In this document: in pieces, positions 50,967-60,123 of the stretch | Layout: every line of letters begins with the position of its first letter | How positions within the stretch are numbered: position 1 is the stretch's first letter | Assembly (NCBI GenBank): GCA_963676535.2 | Contig: CAXXKQ010000037.1 | Coordinates: 15,613 to 79,612, forward strand | Direction of reading: 5' to 3' | Length of the DNA: 64,000 nucleotides | Origin: Prolixibacteraceae bacterium | GTDB taxonomy: Bacteria > Bacteroidota > Bacteroidia > Bacteroidales > Prolixibacteraceae | Made by a program: the position numbers and the translations under genes | Notes under the pieces: model-generated | Seen by the model: only the letters and a program-made list of their open reading frames with translations | What the model was told of the DNA's origin: nothing | Databases searched by the model: none

Positions 50967-51665
50967 ATGAAATTCATTATTTTTTCAGTATTTTTCGTTG
51001 TTGCAGCACAACTTTCGTTTGGTCAGAAAGAAAATTCTTTAACGAAAAAAGAAGTTAAGGAAGGTTGGATTCTTTTGTTCAACGGGACAAACACCGAGGG
51101 CTGGACAACATCCGGAGGTAAACCTGTTCCGGCTGGCTGGGCGGTGAAAGATGGCTGCATTACTGCTGTAAAAGGTGGTAAGGGGGGCGATATCATTACC
51201 GAAAACGAGTACAAAGATTTTATCTTTTCTGTTGATTTTAACATTGAGCCAGGCTGTAACAGTGGAATCAAATATTTCTACACGAAATATTCAACCGGCG
51301 GTAATCTCGGAATGGAATACCAGATCATTGATGATCAGCTTGGAGAAGACAATAAAAAAGATAATCACCTCATTGGTTCTTTCTACGATGTACTGGCTCC
51401 AACGGTGGCTAAAAAGAAGGTTTTTGAACCTGGTCAATGGAATAACATCCGTATCGTATCAAAAGGCGGAAAAGTTGAACATTGGTTAAATGGTGAGAAA
51501 GTTCTTGAATTTACAAGAGGAAGCAAAGCCTATACAGATGCTGTTGCCAAGAGTAAATTCAGCAAAACTGAACCGGCATTCGGAATGGTGGAAAAAGGTC
51601 ACATTTTGCTCCAGGAGCACGGTGGTCAGGTTTCTTTCAGAAACATTAAAATCAAAACCTTATAA
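50967..51665 (+). CDS. exported DUF1080 (3-keto-disaccharide hydrolase family) protein
   Basis: 232-aa ORF with a signal peptide. N-terminal EGWILLFNGTNTEGW and C-terminal GHILLQEHGGQVSFRNIKIK are hallmark DUF1080/PF06439 motifs. Confidence 0.8.
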   Translation: MKFIIFSVFFVVAAQLSFGQKENSLTKKEVKEGWILLFNGTNTEGWTTSGGKPVPAGWAVKDGCITAVKGGKGGDIITENEYKDFIFSVDFNIEPGCNSGIKYFYTKYSTGGNLGMEYQIIDDQLGEDNKKDNHLIGSFYDVLAPTVAKKKVFEPGQWNNIRIVSKGGKVEHWLNGEKVLEFTRGSKAYTDAVAKSKFSKTEPAFGMVEKGHILLQEHGGQVSFRNIKIKTL

Positions 51666-51676
51666 ATTTTCACAAT

Positions 51677-53023
51677 ATGGAAGACAGACGTGATTTCATT
51701 AAAAAAGTAACAGTAAGCTCTGTGGGATTAGCCATAGGCGGAACAGCATTTGGATTTAGTGCAAAGAGTTATAATAATATAATTGGCGCTAACGAAAAGA
51801 TTCGTGTTGCAACAATTGGTGTCAATAGTCGTGGCAATAGCATGTCAGGAACTTTCGCCAAACAAAAAAATGCTGAAGTTGCCTGTGTTTGCGACGTTGA
51901 TGAAAGAGCTATTCCAAAGGCTATTAAAAAAGTTATGGAAGCCAATCCGGCAAGTTCACCCAAATCTGAGAGAGATTGCCGTAAAGTGCTTGAAGATAAA
52001 TCGATTGATGCAATCTACATTGCCACTCCCGACCATTGGCACGCTCCATTAACTATTATGGGATGCCAGGCAGGAAAACATGTATATGTTGAAAAACCGT
52101 TGAGCCATAATCCGCACGAAGGCGAAATCGCCATTGCAGCTGCCCGTAAGTACGACCGCATTGTTCAGATGGGAGCCCAACGTCGTTCGGCACCTGTTCT
52201 TACTCAAGGCATTCAAAAATTGCACGAAGGAATTATTGGTCGGGTATATTTGGCCAAAACATGGTACACCAACAACAGAAAAGCCAATTTCCTTAAACCG
52301 GGAACAGTTCCTTCCTGGTTGGATTATGATCTTTGGCAAGGTCCCGCACCACGCATGCCATACCAGGATGGGTTGATTCATTACAATTGGCATTGGTTCT
52401 GGCACTGGGGTACCGGCGAAGCGTTGAACAACGGTACTCACGAAGTGGATGTTGCCCGCTGGGGACTTGGCGTTGACTTTCCAACCCGTGTTACTTCTGT
52501 TGGTGGACGTTACAATTATAAAGATGATTGGCAAACTCCGGATACCCAAATTATTACCATGGACTATCCAGGTCGCGTTTCTTTGATGTGGGAATGCCGC
52601 AGTTCTAATGCCAGAAAAATTGAAGGTTCTGACCGTGGAATCATTTTTTATGGTGAAAACGGAAGTTTGGACACCGGTGGCGATAACTACAAAGTTTATG
52701 ATCTGGACGGAAAACTGGTTAAAGAGGTAAAATCGGTTACTGAAGAGAGCGATCTGCAAGGCCGTAATACTGCCAGTCCGAGTGTTGGATTGGATAGTTT
52801 ACACGTAGCCGACTTCCTTGATGCTGTTCGCAATCACCGCAGACCAAATTGCGATGTTGAACTGGGCTTTAAGAGTGTGGTCGCTATGCAGTTGGGAAAT
52901 ATTTCATGGAGAGTAGGCCGTGACCTGAATATTGACCCGAAAAACGGTCATATTATTGGTGACAAGGAAGCTCAAAAACTATGGAGTCGTACTTACGAAA
53001 AAGGTTGGGAACCAAAAATATAA
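51677..53023 (+). CDS. TAT-exported Gfo/Idh/MocA-family oxidoreductase
   Basis: 448-aa ORF with a twin-arginine signal (DRRDFIKKVTVSSVGLAIGG) and a Rossmann fold (IRVATIGVNSRGN...YVEKP). Confidence 0.88.
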   Translation: MEDRRDFIKKVTVSSVGLAIGGTAFGFSAKSYNNIIGANEKIRVATIGVNSRGNSMSGTFAKQKNAEVACVCDVDERAIPKAIKKVMEANPASSPKSERDCRKVLEDKSIDAIYIATPDHWHAPLTIMGCQAGKHVYVEKPLSHNPHEGEIAIAAARKYDRIVQMGAQRRSAPVLTQGIQKLHEGIIGRVYLAKTWYTNNRKANFLKPGTVPSWLDYDLWQGPAPRMPYQDGLIHYNWHWFWHWGTGEALNNGTHEVDVARWGLGVDFPTRVTSVGGRYNYKDDWQTPDTQIITMDYPGRVSLMWECRSSNARKIEGSDRGIIFYGENGSLDTGGDNYKVYDLDGKLVKEVKSVTEESDLQGRNTASPSVGLDSLHVADFLDAVRNHRRPNCDVELGFKSVVAMQLGNISWRVGRDLNIDPKNGHIIGDKEAQKLWSRTYEKGWEPKI

Positions 53024-53050
53024 GTATTTTCATATCCAGCTTATTTTGCA

Positions 53051-53090
53051 CGAGGCGGTCTAATTTTGTTTAGACCGCCTCGTTTTATTT
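53051..53090 (+). terminator. rho-independent terminator ending the plus-strand PUL operon
   Basis: Perfect 12-bp stem CGAGGCGGTCTA / TAGACCGCCTCG with an 8-nt loop, followed by TTTTATTT. Confidence 0.8.
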
Positions 53091-53269
53091 GTGCGTAATC
53101 TAATACTGATTGCCGGTAGCATCCATTTGTGGCAGCAAGCTGATTTCGGCTACCTTATCAAAAACAGTAGCCAGAAAATTTTGGGATATTCCTTCTTTGC
53201 TGCATCCTGTTAGCCTGTTGACTGAAAGAAATCCTTCAATAACCAGAAATGGTGAAATTTTTATTTTAA

Positions 53270-54850
53270 TTACTTTTTTATACCTGGTATTTCTGGTGTT
53301 TGTTCCGGATTTTCTGGATTAAAATAACTGATGTTTTTCTCTTTATATAATCGGAATGAGGGTTGCAACCGCTGAAGAAATTTGGCATAATCGGACGTAT
53401 TATTTTTACTCCAGGCTGCTTCTGCAAGCGCAGCTATCCGGGGAAAAGTCATAAAATCCAGCCGCTCAGGTGAATGAATGGTTTCAGTCCAGATGTTGGC
53501 CTGAATTCCATCGATCAGATTTGGAAATCTGGTCAAAGGTTCACTGTACAATTTCTTAAATTCCAGAATCTTTTCAATCGGGGCATAGTCTTTCTGCCAG
53601 TACCTTCCTGAACGATGCGACGGGTGCTGAACAAAATCAAAATACAATGGAATCCGGGGGCACAAAATAGTGTGATAGCCACCTTTAAGAGCCATATTCA
53701 GTTGTTCGGGCTTATCGTGTCGCCACCACATCACTTCACTTTTATTTACTGGAATTTTTGAAGTTACAATTTCGTCCCAGCCAATCATAGTTTTTCCTAA
53801 AGCAACCACCGAATCAGCCATTCGGTTAATGAAATAGAACTCAACTGTCTGCAAATCTTTGAGCTGATGTTTTTGCATCAAAGCCTGAACATCCGGATTC
53901 GTATTCCATTGCTGATTACCAAAATGAACTTCGTCGCCACCCAGATGAATATATTTTGAAGGGAAAAGCGCTGCAACTTCTTTCAAAACATCAGTCAAAA
54001 ATTGATATGTGCCTTCTTTCCCCGGATTAAAGGTAAATTCCGGATATTTTTCAGATCCGCCACCGCTAAATTCGGGATAAGCCCGATTTGCTGCTGCTGC
54101 ATGACCCGGCATATCGATTTCCGGGATAATCTCGATGAAACGTTCAGCAGCATACTGAACAATTTCCTTAATGTCGGCTTGTGTGTAAAACCGGGCATCA
54201 GCCGTTTTGTCGTGGAAATTTCCCTTTCCCCCGATTGAAGTAAGCAGTGGATATTTTTTTATTTCCAGCCTCCATCCGGGTTCATCAGTCAGGTGCCAAT
54301 GAAAACGGTTGAGCTTGTAAAAAGCCATCCAGTCGAGCAACTGCTTCACTTTTTCTTTACCGAAAAAATGACGCGATTCGTCGAGCATCAGTCCGCGCCA
54401 GCCAAAACCCGGAGAATCCTGAATTTTTATGCAGGGAATTTTGAATCCGGCAGTTGCTGGTTTCGCTATGGCTAATTGAGCCAGAGATTGTAGGCCATAG
54501 AATAATCCGGTTTCGGAATTAGCCGAAATCAGAATATGTCCCGGGGTAACATTCAACCGATAAGCTTCATTCCCGGTTGTTTTGCTGTTTATTTCCAAAA
54601 TCAGGTTCGCTTTTCGGTAAATGGTTTTTTCTGATTTTTTCAGGCTTAATCCGAGTTGGGTAAGTTGTTTGGTAAAATCCCGGATTAAAAACGCCTGATC
54701 TGTTTGACAGAAAAACCTGATTTGATTCACTTGCAGATATTGGTCTTTAGTCAATTCTAAAGATGCAGGTTCCGGAATAATGGAACCCTTTTGAGCAAAA
54801 CTGAATGAAAGCTGGATGAGCAGCAAACAAAGGATAAAAATTGATCGCAT
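53270..54850 (-). CDS. GH20 beta-N-acetylhexosaminidase
   Basis: 526-aa exported ORF with a GH20b N-domain and a catalytic domain carrying RGLMLDESRHF, HWHLTDEPGWRLE and IHLGGDEV. Confidence 0.9.
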   Translation of the reverse strand: MRSIFILCLLLIQLSFSFAQKGSIIPEPASLELTKDQYLQVNQIRFFCQTDQAFLIRDFTKQLTQLGLSLKKSEKTIYRKANLILEINSKTTGNEAYRLNVTPGHILISANSETGLFYGLQSLAQLAIAKPATAGFKIPCIKIQDSPGFGWRGLMLDESRHFFGKEKVKQLLDWMAFYKLNRFHWHLTDEPGWRLEIKKYPLLTSIGGKGNFHDKTADARFYTQADIKEIVQYAAERFIEIIPEIDMPGHAAAANRAYPEFSGGGSEKYPEFTFNPGKEGTYQFLTDVLKEVAALFPSKYIHLGGDEVHFGNQQWNTNPDVQALMQKHQLKDLQTVEFYFINRMADSVVALGKTMIGWDEIVTSKIPVNKSEVMWWRHDKPEQLNMALKGGYHTILCPRIPLYFDFVQHPSHRSGRYWQKDYAPIEKILEFKKLYSEPLTRFPNLIDGIQANIWTETIHSPERLDFMTFPRIAALAEAAWSKNNTSDYAKFLQRLQPSFRLYKEKNISYFNPENPEQTPEIPGIKK

Positions 54851-54986
54851 CTGAACGTTTATTAAGGTAACTAACTAAACTCGGACTGGTTACTGCACAA
54901 AAGTAGCCAAACTTTGCCTGACCATAATTTACTTACAGATTTTTTGCAACAAATTCAAATATTGAAGTTCCTCAACCTGAATCACG

Positions 54987-55026
54987 AAAAAAGGCTGCCG
55001 TGAAGTAAAATCTTCGTGGCAGCCTT
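54987..55026 (-). terminator. rho-independent terminator after the Spy/CpxP-like gene (minus strand)
   Basis: About 15-bp imperfect stem (AAGGCTGCCACGAAG / CTTCACGGCAGCCTT on the minus strand) followed by a T6 run. Confidence 0.6.
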
Positions 55027-55047
55027 CGTATTTAGGAGATAAACCAA

Positions 55048-55548
55048 TTATTTGATAAAACGTTCTCTTTTCATTTTCATTGCGCCTTGCATGGCTTTTG
55101 GTCCACGGTGGGGCATCATTTTGCCTTTAAACATATCAAGCTTCAGCATCTGCTCATCAGTAAGCTGGGCTCTCATGTCGAGTCGATGTTTAGCCTGAAT
55201 TTTTGCCATCTCAACTTTTAATGCACCAATTTTCTCAATGTTTTTGTTGATTGCATTCAAATCAGACTTTTCAGCAGTCATCAGTGTTTTCTGATGGACT
55301 TCGGCTTCGCGAAGTTCATTGCGAATGGGTTGAATCTGTTTATGCATGGCCATCATACTCTGTTTAAACACATCCTTTTGTGCATCGGTCAGGTTTAGAC
55401 CGGCCATCGGTCCGGCTTGCCCCCCTTGCATCCCAACTCCTCCTTTTTGACCATGGAAAGGCCTCATCGGTCCTTGTACATTTGGCTGGGCGAAAAGAAC
55501 AGCCGACATACTCATCAATACCACGAACATTAAAACTTTTGCTTTCAT
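55048..55548 (-). CDS. Spy/CpxP-family periplasmic protein
   Basis: 166-aa ORF with a signal peptide. It is Gly/Met/Gln-rich and has LTxxQ motifs (LTDAQ, LTDEQ). Confidence 0.7.
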   Translation of the reverse strand: MKAKVLMFVVLMSMSAVLFAQPNVQGPMRPFHGQKGGVGMQGGQAGPMAGLNLTDAQKDVFKQSMMAMHKQIQPIRNELREAEVHQKTLMTAEKSDLNAINKNIEKIGALKVEMAKIQAKHRLDMRAQLTDEQMLKLDMFKGKMMPHRGPKAMQGAMKMKRERFIK

Positions 55549-55715
55549 AATCAGTAATTTTTTAAAATCTATTTTCGGAATTTTTGCTAAACTTTCCTTT
55601 TAGATTGATTAGAACACAAAAGGTTAAATGACAAATGGTGTTTTAAGATAACTTTAACAGTTTGGAATGAACGAGGCTATACTTTGGCTCCTTTTTTCAA
55701 TCCTTCCCGATAAAC

Positions 55716-56612
55716 TCATTGCCCGATTTTATTCATTGCTTCCCTGATTTCTTTCAGGAAGCGGGGTACTTTTACTTTCGGATCGCCATCTCCCAGGGTT
55801 TCCAGAGGAATGTAGCCCCGATAGCCTTTCTCCTGAATAATTTTCATGATCCGGTTCAGATCAGTTTTCTGTTCCACGCCATTCACAAACAGACTTTCTT
55901 TCAATTGCCAGTTTACGGTATATGGAACGGACTGAGCAATTTCCAGATACGGATCCCCGGTGCGGTAACTTCCAACGTCGAGAATTAACCCAAACCATTC
56001 GGAGTTGACTTTTTTGATAATTTCGATAGCCTGATCGGCGGTTTTAATAAAATCGTTGTGGTTCTGAATAGCCACCACGACCCCGTGCGCTTTTCCGAAT
56101 TCAACACATTCTTTCATATCGGCGACCAGGTAATCCACAACTTTTTCGCGTGGAATAGCTTTAACATCGGCGGTTCCGGAGAAGACGCGAATAACCGGCG
56201 CTCCCAGTTTTTCGGCAGCGATGACCCATTTTTTTACCAGTTCAACACTTGCTTTCCGTTTCACAGGATCAGGATCGGTAAAATCGTTTCGAACTCCGGT
56301 GCCGCTGATTTCCAATCCGAGCAAAAAAGCCTTCTTTTTGATGTGGTAGAGGTATTCATCCGAAGGAACTTCGGGATAACCAGGAAAATAGTAGCCTGTA
56401 ATGTCGACCGCATCCAACTGGCTGGCTGCACAATATTCCAGAAGCTGGTCCAGGTTCATTTCCCCTTTCAACAGCGGACCATTGAAGGAATAGGCGTTCA
56501 GACTGGTTTTTAGCTTGACCGGAAGTTTATTCTGAGCAAAACTTTGCGCCAGGCAGCATAAAAAGAGAAGGAATCCGGTCGCCTTGATAATTGATAAGTT
56601 GATTTGCTTCAT
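55716..56612 (-). CDS. exported sugar phosphate isomerase/epimerase-family (xylose isomerase-like TIM barrel) protein
   Basis: 298-aa ORF with a signal peptide (LFLCCLAQSFAQ). The TIM-barrel pattern includes AIQNHNDF and LETLGDGDP-type metal-ligand segments. Confidence 0.8.
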   Translation of the reverse strand: MKQINLSIIKATGFLLFLCCLAQSFAQNKLPVKLKTSLNAYSFNGPLLKGEMNLDQLLEYCAASQLDAVDITGYYFPGYPEVPSDEYLYHIKKKAFLLGLEISGTGVRNDFTDPDPVKRKASVELVKKWVIAAEKLGAPVIRVFSGTADVKAIPREKVVDYLVADMKECVEFGKAHGVVVAIQNHNDFIKTADQAIEIIKKVNSEWFGLILDVGSYRTGDPYLEIAQSVPYTVNWQLKESLFVNGVEQKTDLNRIMKIIQEKGYRGYIPLETLGDGDPKVKVPRFLKEIREAMNKIGQ

Positions 56613-56632
56613 GATCTTATAATTTTAATGTT

Positions 56633-58054
56633 CTAAATAAACACACTCATGATCAAAACAGTAGCAATCCCAACAACACCCACCGTTGATTCCATGACGG
56701 TCCAGGTCTGGAATGTTTGTTTCACGCTCAGACCAAAATATTCCTTAAACATCCAGAACCCTGAATCGTTGAAATGCGACCACATCACGCTTCCGGCGCC
56801 GGTAGCCAGTACCATTAATTCAGGAGAAGTGCCGGTTTGCTGGGCAATGGGTAACATGATGGGAGCTGTTGTAAGTGTCGAAACCGTAGCCGAACCGACA
56901 GCCAGCCTAAAAATGGAAGCAATCAGAAAAGCCATCAGCAGTGGATTCATTTGTATATTATCTGAAATTGAACGAATATATTCAATCACGTGACTGTCTT
57001 TCAGAACCTGAGAAAATGCGCCTCCACCGGCAATGATCAGAACAATCATCGATATGGCGCCAATCGATTTGGCCGAACTGTTCATCACATCATCCATGCT
57101 TCGGCCTTTGCGCAGTCCAAGTGTAAAAATGGCGACAATAACCGCCATGAACAAAGCCATGTTGGCATCGCTCATAAATTTAAAAAAGGTTAGGATTCCG
57201 GAATAAACATTAGCCGATTCGGGACTAAAGCCTTTTTCGGTAAAAATGTGCCGGTAAAAACCGGTAATATTTTCAATCCCCAGTTTGGTGAGTTCTGCTT
57301 TGGCCGGTGGCGGGCCAAACGATAAATCGGCCAACGCTCCAAGTAACATTAGAATAATTGGGGTCACGGCACAAAGGATGCTGATTCCCAGTCCCGGAAG
57401 TTCGTTTTTCTCGAAATGCCTTTCTGTGAAAAGTTCGGTTGGTGGGGTGACATCGATCTTTTTGGTGAACCGCGACAACCATATCCCTCCAATTAAGCAG
57501 GCCGGAATCATTGGAATTAGCCCGTACAGCAATACTTTGTTGACATCAGCTTCGTAGATAAACGAAACGTAAGTCGGGGCGGGGTGGGGAGGCAGAAAAC
57601 AATGTGCCACCGACAATGCCGAGCACAAAGGTAGGGCCAGCCAGATTGTTGGTAATTTGGTGGTAGTGGCAAAGGTAAAAATCAGCGGAATCAAAACCAG
57701 AAAACTGGCGTTGTACATCATAGGCAGACCAACCAGAAAACCCGTGATCAGCAAGGCGTACTGAATATTTCTAAGGCCCATAAATTCAGTCATCCGGAAT
57801 GTGATGGTATGGGCGGCGCCGCTTTCTTCGAGAATTTTTCCCAACATGGCGCCAAAAGCCAGAATGAGAACAATTTTTCCCATGGTATCACCAATTCCTT
57901 TCAAAATGGAGTCGAGAATATCCATCGGATTCATGCTGCTTAATAAGCCCACGGCAAAGGAAGTTATGAGCAGCGCCATAAAGGCATTAATTTTAAACTT
58001 GCTGATCAGGACAAGAAGAATCAGGATTCCGATTCCGACAATGAGTAGGGGCAT
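56633..58054 (-). CDS. GntP-family (gluconate:H+ symporter-like) permease
   Basis: 473-aa polytopic ORF whose N-terminus (MPLLIVGIGILILLVLISKFKINAFMALLITS) and length are typical of GntP transporters. Confidence 0.85.
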   Translation of the reverse strand: MPLLIVGIGILILLVLISKFKINAFMALLITSFAVGLLSSMNPMDILDSILKGIGDTMGKIVLILAFGAMLGKILEESGAAHTITFRMTEFMGLRNIQYALLITGFLVGLPMMYNASFLVLIPLIFTFATTTKLPTIWLALPLCSALSVAHCFLPPHPAPTYVSFIYEADVNKVLLYGLIPMIPACLIGGIWLSRFTKKIDVTPPTELFTERHFEKNELPGLGISILCAVTPIILMLLGALADLSFGPPPAKAELTKLGIENITGFYRHIFTEKGFSPESANVYSGILTFFKFMSDANMALFMAVIVAIFTLGLRKGRSMDDVMNSSAKSIGAISMIVLIIAGGGAFSQVLKDSHVIEYIRSISDNIQMNPLLMAFLIASIFRLAVGSATVSTLTTAPIMLPIAQQTGTSPELMVLATGAGSVMWSHFNDSGFWMFKEYFGLSVKQTFQTWTVMESTVGVVGIATVLIMSVFI

Positions 58055-58160
58055 GATTGTTCGGTTTATTAGTTTGCATTAAAGATAGAAATTTGCAGAT
58101 AAAAAGTACAACCCGGAAAATCTTGGCCGGTTATTTTCATCCCGATCTATTTTCCAAGAT

Positions 58161-59887
58161 TCAGTTCAGAACTACTTTCCGGGTAAATGAATTTTCCTGA
58201 TTTGAAAGTTGAAGAAAATAAATTCCCGGGGTAACGCCCTGATTGGACAGATTAATTTTCATTGGATTTCCGGCAGATAACGGTTGATCTTCCCGGATAA
58301 TTGAGATCAATTGTCCTTGAAAATTAAATAACTTTAAAGAAAGTGGAGACCAGTCCTTTGCCTGGCATGAAATCAGAATTTCACCTGAAGTTGGATTTGG
58401 AAACAGGCTAAATCCATCGTCTGGCAACGACGCAAGTTGTTCGGTTCCGGTTGCAGCAACTCGTTCAATACTAACATTATCGAGATAAACGTTCCCCGTA
58501 AACTTCCCAAAGCCGAAACCAAACCTGCTGTTAGGATCACTGTTTTTGAGCATGGTAACTGTCCAGATAAATTTTTGTTTGACTGAGGTCAGGTTTCTGG
58601 TTGTTGAATAATAGTTTCCGTAATCGTCGTGGTTCTTTGCCAGAAAGACATCCATTGTATTCGGGTTTTCTGACCATGCATCGAAAGAGATAATATAAGT
58701 AGTTCCGAGTACTAATGAAATATTTCCTTGTTGATCGACAATATGCCAGCCGGCAGTCCCGGGCTGTGTTATATTGATTGCATAAACTCCGTCAACTACT
58801 GATGTTGTGGCCTTGTTTTGGACAGTGTAGAAATAAAGGTTGCTCCAGTTTTTCAAACCCAGGTTAAAATCCCCGTTTACAATGAGCTCATTTTTTTTTT
58901 GAAGGCCGGGGTGATTACCCAATCTTTACTAACATCTATTTTTATAGGATTTGCAGCACCCAAATGCAGCCATTTGTCGAATTCGTAACCGGGATCAGGT
59001 TTTGCTGTCAGGGTAACTGTTGTTCCTTCAGGATAAGTGGCCTGATTGGGTGAAATCTCCACACTACCTCCGGGTGCCTGATCGATTTTCAGCGAAAACG
59101 GTCCGCCGGATTCCTGCAACTGATAAACTCTGACATAATCAATGTAGAACTTATGCGGGAGTTTGGTATCATCGATTCCCTGTTGAGCGCCCCAGCTGCC
59201 TCCGTAAGCCAAGTTCAGGATAAAATAGAACATTTTATTAAAAGGCCATACTTTGGGATCGTCGGCAGTTTTAGTGTAGGTATGATACTTGACTCCGTCG
59301 GCATACCATTCCAGCTTGGTTGGCGACCAAACAAGTGAATAAGTAATATACCGGCTGTAAGGTTGATTGAGAACTGTGTATGTTCCGGAACTTTGGTGCC
59401 CTGTTCCGTTCGTTCCTTCAAAATGAGCGGTAAAATAAAGGTTTGAAGGATTCATCCCAACATATTCCATAATGTCGATTTCACCACTTCTTGGCCATCC
59501 GCCATATTCTTCGTAAGTTGGCATCATCCAGATGGCTGGCCAGGTGCCTTTTCCGGTTGGTACTTTGGCCCGTATTTCGAACTTGCCATACTGCCAATCA
59601 CCTTTGTATCTTGAAATCAGACTGGCCGAAGTGTAACTGGCTCCCTGATAGGATTCCTTGCGGGCTTCAATGATCAGGACAGTATCCTGAATTCGTGCAT
59701 TCTCGGAACGTTTGTAGGTGTAATACTGTAATTCGCTGTTGCGTACTTTCCCTATTTCATAATTCCACTTGGTGCTGTCAGGTAATCCGGGAGTATTAAA
59801 TTCGTCACCCCAAACTTTTACCCATTTTTGAGCAAAAGAGAGCAATGAAAGACTAAGGAAAAGCAGTAGGAAAGAAATTATTTTCAT
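58161..59887 (-). pseudogene. modular GH16 endo-beta-1,3-glucanase (GH16 - Ig-like repeat - CBM4/9-like - T9SS CTD), frame broken in an A10 tract
   Basis: ORF 58877..59887 has a signal peptide and a GH16 domain with catalytic EIDIMEY. ORF 58161..58922 has a CBM4_9-like domain (NELIVNGDFNLGLKNW) and a T9SS CTD (LFPNPTSGEI...GIYFLQL). The two frames meet at T10 (58891-58900), and 11 or 8 bases there would fuse them. Confidence 0.85.
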
Positions 59888-60123
59888 CGTAGTTGAATTG
59901 ATTAGGTTAGGTTTTTAACAACTTCCGAATTTAAAAATAAAACTCATGTCAGACAAAATATTGCCTGAATAAACTATCCGGGTGGATTTGGATCAGATAA
60001 TCATCGGAGAATTGATCTGGCATGAATTAACGATTTGTAGTTTCCTGTTTTTCTTTTCAAAATCCTGATTTTTCAACAAACTGTCATTTTGTGTGCTTCT
60101 TTGGCAAAGTCTTTTGGACTGGG

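Noticed and set aside
52049-52759. 236-aa minus-strand ORF inside the Gfo/Idh/MocA gene
   Set aside because: It is an antisense shadow ORF, and the plus-strand product has a TAT signal and a Rossmann fold.
53110-53322. 70-aa plus-strand ORF between the PUL terminator and the GH20 gene
   Set aside because: It overlaps the 3' end of the GH20 gene in antisense, has no motifs, and starts after a strong terminator with no promoter-like element.
59904-59916. AGGTTAGGTTTTT upstream of the GH16 gene, resembling the GGTAGGGTTTT block
   Set aside because: It is on the wrong strand for the GH16 gene, has two mismatches, and the second block (only ACTCAT) sits about 25 nt away rather than 10-11 nt. It is probably coincidental in an AT-rich spacer.
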